From Escherichia virus TH58, in sequence record MT446423.1: a stretch of DNA of 64,000 nucleotides. One strand, given 5' to 3'. Numbering within the stretch: position 1 is the first letter of the stretch; each line of letters begins with the position of its first letter. The position numbers and the translations under genes are program-made. Under the pieces are notes generated by a model. That model saw only the letters and a program-made list of their open reading frames with translations. It was not told the DNA's origin and ran no database searches. Below are positions 36,177 to 47,347 of the stretch, piece by piece.

Positions 36177-37094
36177 ATGGATTTAGAAATGATGTTGGAT
36201 GAAGATTACAAAGAAGGTATTGCACTTGCTGATTTTAGTAACATTGCATTGGCAGCCGCATTAAACAACTTTGAAGACGGCGATAAAATTACTGTTCCGA
36301 TGGTTCGACATGTAATCTTGAATTCAATTCGTAAAAACGTAGTGATGTTCCGTAAGCAAGGCTATACAAAATTTGTATTGTGTATGGATAATGCTACTTC
36401 AGGTTATTGGCGTCGTGACTTTGCTTACTATTACAAGAAAAATCGTAAAACCGATCGTGAAGCTTCAAAGTGGGATTGGGAAGGATATTTTACTGCACTC
36501 CATCAAGTTGTTGATGAGATTAAGAAATACATGCCATACGTTGTAATGGATATTGACAAGTATGAAGCGGATGACCATATTGGTGTATTAACTAAATATT
36601 TGTCATTAGCTGGACATAAGGTATGTATTGTTGCATCAGACGGTGACTTTACACAATTACACAAATATCCTAACGTTAAACAGTGGTCACCACCACAGAA
36701 AAAATGGGTTAAAATTAAGAACGGTTCTGCTGAAATTGATTGCATGACTAAAATTCTTAAAGGCGACCGTAAAGACGGCGTTGCATCTGTTCGAGTTCGT
36801 GGCGACTTCTGGTTTACTAGAGTTGATGGTGAACGAACTCCGAGCATGAAAACAACGATTATTGAAGCAATTGCCAATGACCGTTCTCAAGCTGAAGTAT
36901 TATTAAGTGCAGAAGAATATAAACGGTATCAAGAAAATTTGGTTCTCATTGATTTTGATTATATCCCTGATAATATTGCTTCAACCATTATAGAGTATTA
37001 TAACTCATATAAACCACAACCTAAAGGCAAGATTTATTCATACTTTGTAAAATCTGGTCTTTCTAAATTAACAAGTGTAATTAATGAATTCTGA
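36177..37094 (+). CDS. rnh: RNase H (5'-3' flap exonuclease)
   Basis: 305 aa; near-colinear with T4 RNase H. Confidence 0.9.
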   Translation: MDLEMMLDEDYKEGIALADFSNIALAAALNNFEDGDKITVPMVRHVILNSIRKNVVMFRKQGYTKFVLCMDNATSGYWRRDFAYYYKKNRKTDREASKWDWEGYFTALHQVVDEIKKYMPYVVMDIDKYEADDHIGVLTKYLSLAGHKVCIVASDGDFTQLHKYPNVKQWSPPQKKWVKIKNGSAEIDCMTKILKGDRKDGVASVRVRGDFWFTRVDGERTPSMKTTIIEAIANDRSQAEVLLSAEEYKRYQENLVLIDFDYIPDNIASTIIEYYNSYKPQPKGKIYSYFVKSGLSKLTSVINEF

Positions 37095-37101
37095 GGTAAA
37101 C

Positions 37102-37371
37102 ATGGCTAAGAAAGAAGCAGTTGAATTTAATCAAGATGTGCATGGTGAAGAACTGGCTAAACTAGTCAAGGAAGCTTCCGATAACAAACTTAAAATTTCT
37201 GGTTATAATGAACTGATTAAAGACATTCGTACTCGTGCTAAAGAAGAGCTTGGCGTCGATGGAAAAATGTTTAACCGTTTGTTGGCTCTTTATCATAAAG
37301 ACGCTCGTGATCAATTTGAAGCTGAAAACGAAGAGGTAGTCGAGCTTTATGACACAGTTTTCACTAAGTGA
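37102..37371 (+). CDS. dsbA: dsDNA-binding late transcription protein DsbA
   Basis: 89 aa from ATG 37102; MAKKE.VEF...HGE.LAK..KEASD.KLKISGYNELIKDIR matches T4 DsbA. Confidence 0.8.
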   Translation: MAKKEAVEFNQDVHGEELAKLVKEASDNKLKISGYNELIKDIRTRAKEELGVDGKMFNRLLALYHKDARDQFEAENEEVVELYDTVFTK

Positions 37372-37687
37372 TATTAAACCGGTTGATGAGACCGGTTTAT
37401 CTGAACAAGAATTAGCAGTAAAACACGATAAAGATGATATCGCTAAATTGCTTGACCGACAAGAAAATGGATTCATTATCGAATCCATGGTTGAACAATT
37501 TGGTATGTCTTATTTAGAAGCAACAACTGCTTTCTTGGAAGAAAATTCTATTCCAGAAACACAATTTGCTAAATTTATTCCTACAGGAATTGTTGAAAAA
37601 ATTACAAGCGAAGCAATTGACGAAAATATGCTTCGCCCATCAGTTGCTCGTGGTGAAAAAACTAATACGTTAGATTTCTTATTATGA
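37349..37687 (+). CDS. 33: late transcription co-activator gp33
   Basis: 112 aa; MTQFSL.DI.PVDETGLSE.EL matches T4 gp33. Confidence 0.8.
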   Translation: MTQFSLSDIKPVDETGLSEQELAVKHDKDDIAKLLDRQENGFIIESMVEQFGMSYLEATTAFLEENSIPETQFAKFIPTGIVEKITSEAIDENMLRPSVARGEKTNTLDFLL

Positions 37688-38337
37688 TTAAAATACGCAT
37701 GCCTCCTGATGGAGAACGTTATATTAACGGAAAATCGGTATACAAACTATACTTGATGTGCAAACAACATTTTAATGGTCGGTATGACGTAATCAAATAT
37801 AACTGGTGCATGCGTGTTTCGGATAATGCGTATCAAAAACGCCGAGATAAATATTTCTTTGAAAAACTAGCAGAGAAATATAAATTGAAGGAACTCACCT
37901 TGATATTCATAAGTAACTTAGTTGCTAACCAAGACGCATGGATTGGTGAGATATCAGACGCTGATGCATTAGTTTTCTATAGGGAATATATTGGACGTCT
38001 CAAACAAGCCAAGGAGACGTTTGCTGAAGATGTACGTAACATCTACTATTTCGGTAGGAAAGTTGAAGTTAGCGCGCTTCAAGAGATATTTGATTATAAT
38101 AATAAAGTTCAGTCGAGCTACATATTTAAATTGCTACAAAGCAATATAATTTCATTTGAAACCTTCTTGTTGTTAGATTCATTTTTGAATATTATAGATA
38201 AGCACGACGAACTCACCGATAACTTAGTCTGGCAAAATTATTCTACCAAATTAAAGGCATATCGAAAAATACTTCAAATCGATGGAAATGCTGCTAAGAA
38301 ATTGTTCATAGAAACAATCAAATCATGTAAGTATTAA
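37684..38337 (+). CDS. 59: helicase loader gp59
   Basis: 217 aa; near-colinear with T4 gp59. Confidence 0.85.
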   Translation: MIKIRMPPDGERYINGKSVYKLYLMCKQHFNGRYDVIKYNWCMRVSDNAYQKRRDKYFFEKLAEKYKLKELTLIFISNLVANQDAWIGEISDADALVFYREYIGRLKQAKETFAEDVRNIYYFGRKVEVSALQEIFDYNNKVQSSYIFKLLQSNIISFETFLLLDSFLNIIDKHDELTDNLVWQNYSTKLKAYRKILQIDGNAAKKLFIETIKSCKY

Positions 38338-38361
38338 GCTTTATTTCTTGTGTGTTAAAAT
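38336..38361 (+). promoter_or_regulatory. possible middle promoter for gene 32
   Basis: AAGCTTTA box, 12-nt spacer, TAAAAT. Confidence 0.35.
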
Positions 38362-38366
38362 TACTT

Positions 38367-38374
38367 TATAAATA
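38367..38374 (+). promoter_or_regulatory. late promoter for gene 32
   Basis: exact TATAAATA about 80 nt upstream of gp32 ATG. Confidence 0.5.
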
Positions 38375-38455
38375 AATCATACCAGCTACGAGGTATAAGT
38401 GTCGTAGCAACCAACTGTAAATAAATTAAATAATCTAAATAAAAGGTAATAATCC
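38375..38455 (+). promoter_or_regulatory. gene 32 5' leader: hairpin plus AU-rich tract (autoregulatory operator-like)
   Basis: stem GCTACGA/TCGTAGC (38385-38408) followed by A/U-rich unstructured run to the start codon. Confidence 0.45.
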
Positions 38456-39358
38456 ATGTTTAAACGTAAATCTACTGCTGACCTCGCTGCTCAAATGGCT
38501 AAACTGAATGGTAACAAAGGTTTCTCTTCAGAAGATAAAGGCGAATGGAAGCTGAAGCTAGATGCATCCGGTAATGGTCAAGCGGTAATTCGTTTCTTGC
38601 CAGCAAAAACTGATGATGCACTACCATTTGCAATTCTTGTTAACCACGGTTTCAAGAAAAATGGTAAATGGTATATTGAAAATTGCTCTTCTACACATGG
38701 TGATTACGACTCTTGTCCTGTATGTCAGTACATTAGTAAAAATGACCTGTACAATACAAACAAAGCTGAATATTCTCAACTGAAACGTAAAACTTCTTAT
38801 TGGGCTAATATTCTGGTTGTTAAAGACCCTCAAGCTCCAGATAACGAAGGTAAAGTATTTAAATATCGTTTCGGTAAAAAGATTTGGGACAAAATCAATG
38901 CAATGATTGCAGTTGATACCGAAATGGGTGAAACTCCGGTTGATGTTACTTGTCCGTTTGAAGGTGCTAACTTCGTTCTGAAAGCTAAGCAGGTTTCTGG
39001 TTTTAGCAACTATGACGAATCTAAATTCTTGGGTCAATCTGAAATTCCTCGTATTAATGACGAAGCATTCCAGAAAGAACTATATGACCAGATGGTAGAC
39101 CTTACAACTTTAACGGCTAAAGACCAGTTCAAATCATTTGAAAAATTAAATGAATCTTTCGCTAAGGTTCTTGGTACTGCCGCTCTTGGTGGTGCAGCAG
39201 CCGCAGCAGCTTCTGTTGCAGATAAAGTTGCTTCTGACCTTGACGATTTTGATAAAGACATGGAAGCCTTTAGTTCTGCAAAAACTGAAGATGACTTCAT
39301 GAGCTCTACCTCATCCTCTGATGATGGTGACCTCGATGACCTGTTAGCTGGTCTATAA
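38456..39358 (+). CDS. 32: single-stranded DNA-binding protein gp32
   Basis: 300 aa; [35 protein letters not shown] and zinc site C..H..C..C; acidic C-terminus. Confidence 0.9.
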   Translation: MFKRKSTADLAAQMAKLNGNKGFSSEDKGEWKLKLDASGNGQAVIRFLPAKTDDALPFAILVNHGFKKNGKWYIENCSSTHGDYDSCPVCQYISKNDLYNTNKAEYSQLKRKTSYWANILVVKDPQAPDNEGKVFKYRFGKKIWDKINAMIAVDTEMGETPVDVTCPFEGANFVLKAKQVSGFSNYDESKFLGQSEIPRINDEAFQKELYDQMVDLTTLTAKDQFKSFEKLNESFAKVLGTAALGGAAAAAASVADKVASDLDDFDKDMEAFSSAKTEDDFMSSTSSSDDGDLDDLLAGL

Positions 39359-39364
39359 TAAATC

Positions 39365-39387
39365 GGGAGACTTCGGTCTCCCTTTTG
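39365..39387 (+). terminator. rho-independent terminator after gene 32
   Basis: GGGAGAC-TTCG-GTCTCCC hairpin plus TTTT. Confidence 0.65.
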
Positions 39388-39413
39388 AGTATCTGTAAAT
39401 TGCCGAAAAAGTT

Positions 39414-39442
39414 GTTTACTTCTTCCCTGGATGTGTTAGTAT
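39414..39442 (+). promoter_or_regulatory. T4-type early promoter
   Basis: GTTTAC, 17-nt spacer, TAGTAT. Confidence 0.5.
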
Positions 39443-39471
39443 AGTCATATCAACAACATGAGGAAATCAAA

Positions 39472-39876
39472 ATGGAAATCGGAAAATCTTATATCATTAA
39501 CCCTTTATTTAAAGACGACTTTGTTCAAGAAGCACCACATAATAACGCTAAGATGTTAAAACTGATTGAACTCCATGGGCCTAGTTTTGTTGTAAACGGA
39601 ATGGAACCTGATTATGATAGCGATACGTCAAACGTAGTAAGTGTAACTATGGAAGATGGTACTGTATGTTCTGCCGGTGGTGAAATTGAAACTTATTTTG
39701 AGATTTATCCCGACGAGTTTAAATACTTTATTGAGTACTTTACTGAGGTAGATTTAGTAAAGCCTCAACCTACTAACGAAGGTATAACTTTAGGTGTAAC
39801 AAAAATCCATTGTATCGTAGATGAAACCAACGTCGACGAAATCATCAAACTTTTGCAAAAAACTTTTAAAAAGTAA
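39472..39876 (+). CDS. hypothetical protein (frd.x region)
   Basis: 134 aa after early promoter. Confidence 0.5.
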   Translation: MEIGKSYIINPLFKDDFVQEAPHNNAKMLKLIELHGPSFVVNGMEPDYDSDTSNVVSVTMEDGTVCSAGGEIETYFEIYPDEFKYFIEYFTEVDLVKPQPTNEGITLGVTKIHCIVDETNVDEIIKLLQKTFKK

Positions 39877-39905
39877 TATACAATCAGATAGGGTTATGTT
39901 ATAGT
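39877..39905 (+). promoter_or_regulatory. possible early promoter inside inverted repeat
   Basis: weak -35 TATACA, TATAGT -10, arms ATAGGG/CCCTAT. Confidence 0.35.
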
Positions 39906-39940
39906 AGCCCTATCAAATCAAAAGTGAAGCGGAGAATAAA

Positions 39941-40189
39941 ATGAGATTGCAACGCCAGAGCATCAAAGATTCTGAAGTTAGAGGTAAATGGTACTTCAAC
40001 ATCGTCGGTAAAGACGCTGAACTCCTTGAACAAGCTGAAGAAGCTTTACGCGAAATGGGTTGGAACGAAGAATGTGACAGATGTCCACTCTACGAAGATG
40101 GTGAAAGTGCAGGATTCTGGATTTATCATTCTGACGTCGATCAGTTTAAAGCTGATTGGAAAGTTGTTAAGAAAAATCTGAGGAAATAA
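39941..40189 (+). CDS. hypothetical protein
   Basis: 82 aa after promoter-like element. Confidence 0.45.
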   Translation: MRLQRQSIKDSEVRGKWYFNIVGKDAELLEQAEEALREMGWNEECDRCPLYEDGESAGFWIYHSDVDQFKADWKVVKKNLRK

Positions 40190-40191
40190 TT

Positions 40192-40440
40192 ATGAATGTT
40201 GTTGTTGAATACTCCCAAGGCGCTGATGTCGGATATGAAGTTTATACTTCAGTTAATTTAGACCATCCGGATTTGGCTGAATTCATTGGTGACGCATTTG
40301 ATTTATCCGGGCGATACACAACAAAACCTCGCGTTTGTGTTACAACATTTGACCAAACCGATGGTTTGGAAATTCAGACAGAACTAGTTTCGTCTAAATC
40401 AAAAATCCAAAAAGTTATTAAAGGACTTAAAAATGCTTAA
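40192..40440 (+). CDS. hypothetical protein
   Basis: 82 aa. Confidence 0.45.
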   Translation: MNVVVEYSQGADVGYEVYTSVNLDHPDLAEFIGDAFDLSGRYTTKPRVCVTTFDQTDGLEIQTELVSSKSKIQKVIKGLKNA

Positions 40441-41020
40441 ATTAGTATTCGCATGTGCTCCGTCTAAAACAGTTGATGATAAACTGGAATATGCTTTTGG
40501 GTTAGGTGATGGGCTGCCGTGGAAGCATATCAAACAAGATATGAGTAACTTTGTTGCTCGCACTAAAAACACTTTAATGGTTATGGGTGCTAAGACTTTT
40601 GCATCATTACCTCGTCTACTCCCAGATCGTACTCATGTGGTTGTCACTGATATGGCCAGAAAACTGCCTAGGACTAAAACTGATGAACTTGCACGGTTCT
40701 ATATCACCCAAGCAGAATTTATTACCCTGGTGACTGGTAGTGAAATTAACTTGTTCGGCCCTTCAACAGACGTACCGTTTAAACTTTCTACTGAACATGT
40801 TGATGTATCTGTTATCGGCGGTCCTGCTCTATTAAAACAAGCACTGCCTTATGCCGATGAAATTGTGATGACTAAAATCATTAAGAAATGTCGTGTTAAT
40901 TCCGATGTTCAACTTGATAAAGATTTCGTCCAAGATATTATGCTTCAACGTTCTATGGTAGAATCTCATTACTACAGAATCGATGAACTCACCGAAATTA
41001 CTGAGAGCGTTTATAAATGA
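40433..41020 (+). CDS. frd: dihydrofolate reductase
   Basis: 195 aa; N-terminal VFACAP...GLGDGLPW DHFR signature; adjacent to td. Confidence 0.8.
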   Translation: MLKLVFACAPSKTVDDKLEYAFGLGDGLPWKHIKQDMSNFVARTKNTLMVMGAKTFASLPRLLPDRTHVVVTDMARKLPRTKTDELARFYITQAEFITLVTGSEINLFGPSTDVPFKLSTEHVDVSVIGGPALLKQALPYADEIVMTKIIKKCRVNSDVQLDKDFVQDIMLQRSMVESHYYRIDELTEITESVYK

Positions 41021-41877
41021 AACAATACCAATACCTAATTAAAGATATCTTAGAAAATGGCTACGAAACAGACGACCGTACAGGCACAGGAACAATTGCC
41101 CTGTTCGGAACTAAATTACGTTGGGACCTGACTAAAGGATTCCCTGCAGTAACAACTAAGAAATTAGCATGGAAAGCTTGTATTGCCGAGTTACTGTGGT
41201 TCATGTCTGGTTCTACTAATGTTAATGAATTACGTCTTCGTACTCATGGTAGTCTAATTGAAGGTAAAACTATTTGGGATGATAATTACGAAAATCAGGC
41301 AAAAGACCTTGGGTACCATAGCGGTGAACTTGGTCCTATATATGGTAAGCAATGGCGTGATTTTGGTGGTGTAGACCAATTAGTTGAAACAATCAACCGT
41401 ATTAAAAAATTACCAACTGACCGTCGTCAAATAGTTTCTGCATGGAACCCTGCCGAAATTGACCAAATGGCTCTTCCTCCTTGTCATATGTTCTATCAAT
41501 TTAATGTGCGTAATGGTCATCTTGATTTACAATGGTACCAGAGAAGTGTCGATGTTTTCTTGGGTTTGCCGTTCAACATTGCCTCGTACGCTGCCTTGAC
41601 GCATATTGTAGCGAAGATGTGTAACCTTATCCCAGGTGATTTAGTGTTCTCAGGCGGCAACACGCATATCTACAGCAATCATGTAGAACAATGCAAAGAA
41701 GTTCTTCGTCGTGAGCCTAAAGAACTGTGTGAATTAGTTATTAATGGATTACCATACAAATTTAGACATCTATCAACCGAAGAACAAATCGAATATGTAT
41801 TAAAACTTCGTCCTAAAGACTTTATTCTTAAAAATTACGAATCTCATCCAACTATCAAAGCTAAAATGGCGGTATAA
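41017..41877 (+). CDS. td: thymidylate synthase (intron-less)
   Basis: 286 aa continuous ORF; active-site block PPCHMFYQF. Confidence 0.9.
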   Translation: MKQYQYLIKDILENGYETDDRTGTGTIALFGTKLRWDLTKGFPAVTTKKLAWKACIAELLWFMSGSTNVNELRLRTHGSLIEGKTIWDDNYENQAKDLGYHSGELGPIYGKQWRDFGGVDQLVETINRIKKLPTDRRQIVSAWNPAEIDQMALPPCHMFYQFNVRNGHLDLQWYQRSVDVFLGLPFNIASYAALTHIVAKMCNLIPGDLVFSGGNTHIYSNHVEQCKEVLRREPKELCELVINGLPYKFRHLSTEEQIEYVLKLRPKDFILKNYESHPTIKAKMAV

Positions 41878-42132
41878 ATGATTTTACGTTTTATTAATTC
41901 ATATGGCACAACAATTTTTGAAATGAAAAATCCAAGTGAACTGGATATCCCTTCACCAAATAGTGAAATCACAGTTAAAGGTGAACGATTCATTTGCTAT
42001 TCACACGAACGAATTTATGAATATCGTGAATTTTGTGGTGGATTCGGTATAGAAAAAGAACCGTTGGTTTATTTCGATATCACGGTCTTGACACCTAAAG
42101 AATACGAAGAAATTATTGCTGAGGATAATTAA
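41878..42132 (+). CDS. hypothetical protein
   Basis: 84 aa between td and nrdA. Confidence 0.4.
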   Translation: MILRFINSYGTTIFEMKNPSELDIPSPNSEITVKGERFICYSHERIYEYREFCGGFGIEKEPLVYFDITVLTPKEYEEIIAEDN

Positions 42133-42156
42133 CGCTTCAGTTTAAAAGTGTATAAT
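42132..42156 (+). promoter_or_regulatory. possible middle promoter for nrdA
   Basis: ACGCTTCA box, 11-nt spacer, TATAAT. Confidence 0.4.
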
Positions 42157-42219
42157 AAATTAACGGGATAAATACTATCCCGTTTGGAGTAATGTCTATC
42201 AACCTATACTGAGGAATAT

Positions 42220-44475
42220 ATGCAAGTAACTAAGAGCAGTGGGGTATCCCAAAATTTTGATGCACAGAAAATTATTCAAGTCTTAACTTGGCAATGTGAA
42301 GGAACACAAATCGACCCATATGAATTGTACGAAGAAATTAAGACCCATCTTGTCGATGGGATGAGCACCAAAGATATCCAGAAGATTTGTATTAAAGTTG
42401 CAGCTAACTCGATTTCTGTCGAAGAACCTGACTATCAATATGTCGCTGCCAAAGGGCTGATGTTTGCACTTCGTAAAGATGTATACGGACAGTTTGAACC
42501 ACCTGCTTTTATCGACCATATTTCTTACTGTGTTAATGAAGGCAAATATGACCCTGAGTTGTTGTCTAGATATTCTGCAGAAGAAATCATTTATCTTGAT
42601 TCTCGGATTAAACATGAGCGAGATTTTGACCTGACTTATGCTGGTGCTATGCAGCTTAAAGAAAAATATCTAGTTAAAGATAAAACAACTGGGAAGATTT
42701 ATGAAACTCCTCAGTTTGCTATCATGGCTATTGGTATGGCCTTACACCAAGACGAAACCCATGACCGTTTGAAACATATTATTCGTTTTTATGATGCCGT
42801 TTCTACTCATCAAGTTTCATTGCCAACCCCAATTATGGCAGGTGCTCGTACTCCAACTCGCCAGTTCTCTAGTTGTGTAGTTATTGAAGCAGGTGATTCG
42901 TTAAAATCTATTAACAAAACTTCAGCGTCAATTATCGAATATATTTCTAAACGAGCTGGCATTGGTATTAACGTTGGTATGCTTCGTGCAGAAGGTTCTA
43001 AGATCGGTATGGGTGAAGTTCGACATACGGGTGTTATTCCATTCTGGAAACATTTCCAAACTGCAGTAAAATCTTGTTCTCAAGGTGGTATTCGCGGTGG
43101 TGCTGCTACAGCGTATTATCCGATGTGGCACTTAGAAGTAGAGAACCTATTAGTTCTGAAAAATAACAAAGGCGTGGATGAAAACCGTATTCGACATATG
43201 GACTACGGAATTCAGATTAACGACCTCATGATGGAACGCCTTGGCAAAAATGATTATATTACTTTATTTAGCCCTCACGAAATGTCAGGCGATCTATATT
43301 ACTCATTCTTTGAAGATCAAGATAAATTCCGTGAGCTTTATGAGAAAGCTGAAAAAGACCCCACAATCAGAAAGAAAAGAATCAAAGCACTAGAACTCTT
43401 TGAATTGTTCATGACTGAACGTTCTGGTACTGCTCGAATTTATCCACAGTTTGTTGATAACACGAATAACTACACTCCATTTATTCGTGAAAAAGCTCCA
43501 ATTCGTCAGAGTAACTTATGTTGTGAAATCGCTATTCCAACTAATGATGTGAATGGTCCTGACGCTGAAATTGGTTTATGTACGTTATCTGCTTTTGTAT
43601 TGGATAAATTTGATTGGCAAGACCAAGATAAAATTAATGAACTTGCTGAAGTACAAGTACGTGCACTTGATAACCTGTTAGACTATCAAGATTATCCGGT
43701 TCCAGAAGCTTTAAAAGCCAAAAAGCGTCGAAATCTCGGTGTTGGTGTGACGAACTATGCTGCATGGTTAGCTTCTAACTTTGCTTCATATGAAGACGCT
43801 AACGATTTGACTCATGAATTGTTTGAGAGATTGCAATATGGCCTTATCAAAGCTTCAATCAAACTCGCCAAAGAAAAAGGACCTTGTGAGTATTATTCAG
43901 ACACTAAATGGTCTAGAGGCGAATTACCTATCGACTGGTACAATAAAAAAATTGACCAAATCGCAGCCCCGAACTACGTCTGTGACTGGGAAGAACTTCG
44001 AGCTGAACTCAAAGAACATGGAATTCGTAACTCAACGTTGTCTGCACTCATGCCTTGTGAGTCAAGCAGTCAAGTATCTAACTCTACAAACGGGATTGAG
44101 CCACCACGCGGTCCAGTAAGTATTAAAGAATCTAAAGAAGGTAACTTCCGTCAGGTTGTTCCTAATATAGAACATAACATGGGTCTTTACGACTACGCGT
44201 GGAAACTTGCTAAGAAAGGTAATAAACCTTATTTGACCCAAGTTGCTATCATGTTGAAATGGGTGTGCCAATCTGCTTCTGCTAATACTTACTATGACCC
44301 TGCAGTATTTGAGAAAGGTAAAGTGCCAATGTCAGTAATGCTTGACGATCTGCTTTACTTCTGGTACTTTGGCGGAAAAAACCTCTACTATCATAACACT
44401 CGTGATGGGTCAGGTACAGATGACTATGAATTAGAAACACCTAAAGCTGAAGATTGTTCTGCTTGTAAGCTTTAA
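42220..44475 (+). CDS. nrdA: ribonucleotide reductase class Ia large subunit
   Basis: 751 aa; ATP-cone N-terminus, C-terminal Cys pair; T4 NrdA-like. Confidence 0.9.
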   Translation: MQVTKSSGVSQNFDAQKIIQVLTWQCEGTQIDPYELYEEIKTHLVDGMSTKDIQKICIKVAANSISVEEPDYQYVAAKGLMFALRKDVYGQFEPPAFIDHISYCVNEGKYDPELLSRYSAEEIIYLDSRIKHERDFDLTYAGAMQLKEKYLVKDKTTGKIYETPQFAIMAIGMALHQDETHDRLKHIIRFYDAVSTHQVSLPTPIMAGARTPTRQFSSCVVIEAGDSLKSINKTSASIIEYISKRAGIGINVGMLRAEGSKIGMGEVRHTGVIPFWKHFQTAVKSCSQGGIRGGAATAYYPMWHLEVENLLVLKNNKGVDENRIRHMDYGIQINDLMMERLGKNDYITLFSPHEMSGDLYYSFFEDQDKFRELYEKAEKDPTIRKKRIKALELFELFMTERSGTARIYPQFVDNTNNYTPFIREKAPIRQSNLCCEIAIPTNDVNGPDAEIGLCTLSAFVLDKFDWQDQDKINELAEVQVRALDNLLDYQDYPVPEALKAKKRRNLGVGVTNYAAWLASNFASYEDANDLTHELFERLQYGLIKASIKLAKEKGPCEYYSDTKWSRGELPIDWYNKKIDQIAAPNYVCDWEELRAELKEHGIRNSTLSALMPCESSSQVSNSTNGIEPPRGPVSIKESKEGNFRQVVPNIEHNMGLYDYAWKLAKKGNKPYLTQVAIMLKWVCQSASANTYYDPAVFEKGKVPMSVMLDDLLYFWYFGGKNLYYHNTRDGSGTDDYELETPKAEDCSACKL

Positions 44476-44528
44476 GACTTTTGATTATAATTTACTCATG
44501 GATGAGTTAAACTAAGTGAGAAAATATA

Positions 44529-45668
44529 ATGAGTACAGTTTTTAACACGCAACAAGTCGATGTTTTGAATGAACCAATGTTCTTTGGTTCTGGTCTTGGC
44601 CTCGCACGTTATGATATTCAGCGACATAAAGTTTTTGAAGAACTTATTGAAAAGCAATTGTCGTTTTTCTGGCGCCCAGAAGAGGTAAACTTGATGTTGG
44701 ACTCTGCGCAGTTCAATAAGCTTCCTCAGTTCCAACAGGACATCTTTACAAACAATCTTAAGTATCAATCATTATTAGATTCTATCCAAGGCAGGGCCCC
44801 ATCTGCGGTACTTATGGCACTGATTTCCGACCCTTCATTAGATACGTGGGTTGCAACATGGACATTCAGTGAAACTATTCACTCTCGTTCGTACACTCAT
44901 ATTATGCGAAATCTTTATACCGATCCATCTAAGGTATTTGATGAAATTGTATTAGACGAAGCAATCATGAAACGAGCTGAATCAATAGGTAAATATTACG
45001 ATGATGTTCTAGTCAAGACTCGCCTTTACCAGAATGCTTTAGAAGAATATCACGAGTTTAGCGAAGGCGTAAAACAGGCTAAATACGAACTAATGCGTTC
45101 TCTTTACCTCTGTCTGCACGTAATCAACGCTCTGGAAGCTATTCGTTTTTACGTATCATTTGCATGTACTTTCAACTTCCATAAAAATATGGAAATCATG
45201 GAAGGTAATGCAAAGATTATGAAGTTCATTGCTCGTGACGAACAACTCCACCTCAAGGGTACTCAGTACATTATTCGTCAACTTCAATCCGGTATTGACG
45301 GCGATGAGTGGGTTAAAATTGCCCAAGAGTGTGAACAAGAAGCAGTTGATATTTTCATGGAAGTTAACCGTCAAGAGAAGGAATGGGCTGCACACCTCTT
45401 TAAAGATGGTACATGTCCAGGTATCAATACGCAGAGTATGTGTGCTTTTGTTGATTACTTGACTGTGTCTCGTATGAAACAGTGTGGTTTGCCATGCCCA
45501 ATCACTGATGCTCCGACCAAGCATCCGTATCCTTGGATTCGTGAATATCTGAACTCTGATTTAGTTCAAGCAGCTCCTCAGGAAGTTGAAATCAGTTCTT
45601 ATCTTGTCGCACAAATTGATAATGATGTAGACCAAAATGTAATCAATTCATACAAAAAATATTTCTAA
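44529..45668 (+). CDS. nrdB: ribonucleotide reductase class Ia small subunit
   Basis: 379 aa continuous ORF directly after nrdA. Confidence 0.9.
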   Translation: MSTVFNTQQVDVLNEPMFFGSGLGLARYDIQRHKVFEELIEKQLSFFWRPEEVNLMLDSAQFNKLPQFQQDIFTNNLKYQSLLDSIQGRAPSAVLMALISDPSLDTWVATWTFSETIHSRSYTHIMRNLYTDPSKVFDEIVLDEAIMKRAESIGKYYDDVLVKTRLYQNALEEYHEFSEGVKQAKYELMRSLYLCLHVINALEAIRFYVSFACTFNFHKNMEIMEGNAKIMKFIARDEQLHLKGTQYIIRQLQSGIDGDEWVKIAQECEQEAVDIFMEVNRQEKEWAAHLFKDGTCPGINTQSMCAFVDYLTVSRMKQCGLPCPITDAPTKHPYPWIREYLNSDLVQAAPQEVEISSYLVAQIDNDVDQNVINSYKKYF

Positions 45669-45672
45669 GGAC

Positions 45673-45694
45673 GGGACTTCGGTCCCACTTTATT
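45673..45694 (+). terminator. hairpin (weak terminator) after nrdB
   Basis: GGGAC-TTCG-GTCCC with short T-rich tail. Confidence 0.4.
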
Positions 45695-46105
45695 ATGAAA
45701 GATATCGCCGCCGAATATTCCTTTATTAAATATACAGAATTGGAGCTATTAGAAGATGCAACAATTAAAACAGTTGATGTCCCTAATAAGAAAAATGTCA
45801 TATACGCTATTGCTATAGATGACGAACTTGTGTATATTGGTAAAACCAAGAATTTAAAGAAACGCATTAACTATTATCGAACAGCCATAAATCGAAAAGA
45901 CCAGACTTCAGATTCAAGAAAATCACTTATGATTTTGGATGCCTTAATGCAAGGCAAAAAGGTTGAATTCTGGGCCCGCCAATGTTTTGACCTTTCAGTC
46001 ACCAACGAACTTGGTTCAATGACCATCGCAACAATGGACCTTGAAGAACCGCTTTTTATCAAAAAGTTCAACCCGCCTTGGAATATCCAACATAAGAAAA
46101 AGTAG
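45695..46105 (+). CDS. denA: endonuclease II (GIY-YIG fold)
   Basis: 136 aa as T4 EndoII; VIYAI...LVYIGKT GIY-YIG-like motif; between nrdB and RNA ligase. Confidence 0.6.
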   Translation: MKDIAAEYSFIKYTELELLEDATIKTVDVPNKKNVIYAIAIDDELVYIGKTKNLKKRINYYRTAINRKDQTSDSRKSLMILDALMQGKKVEFWARQCFDLSVTNELGSMTIATMDLEEPLFIKKFNPPWNIQHKKK

Positions 46106-46134
46106 TTTACACACCACAAGGATTGTGGTACAAT
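46105..46134 (+). promoter_or_regulatory. T4-type early promoter with spacer hairpin
   Basis: GTTTAC, spacer CCACAAGGATTGTGG, TACAAT. Confidence 0.5.
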
Positions 46135-46152
46135 TTAAAAAAAACTAACTGA

Positions 46153-47286
<1,134 letters not shown>

Positions 47287-47288
47287 CG

Positions 47289-47318
47289 GTTTACAAACAC
47301 CAAGGATGGTGATACTAT
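47289..47318 (+). promoter_or_regulatory. T4-type early promoter with spacer hairpin
   Basis: GTTTAC, spacer CACCAAGGATGGTG, TACTAT. Confidence 0.5.
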
Positions 47319-47347
47319 GGCTTTATCAACAACACGAGGAGAAAATT

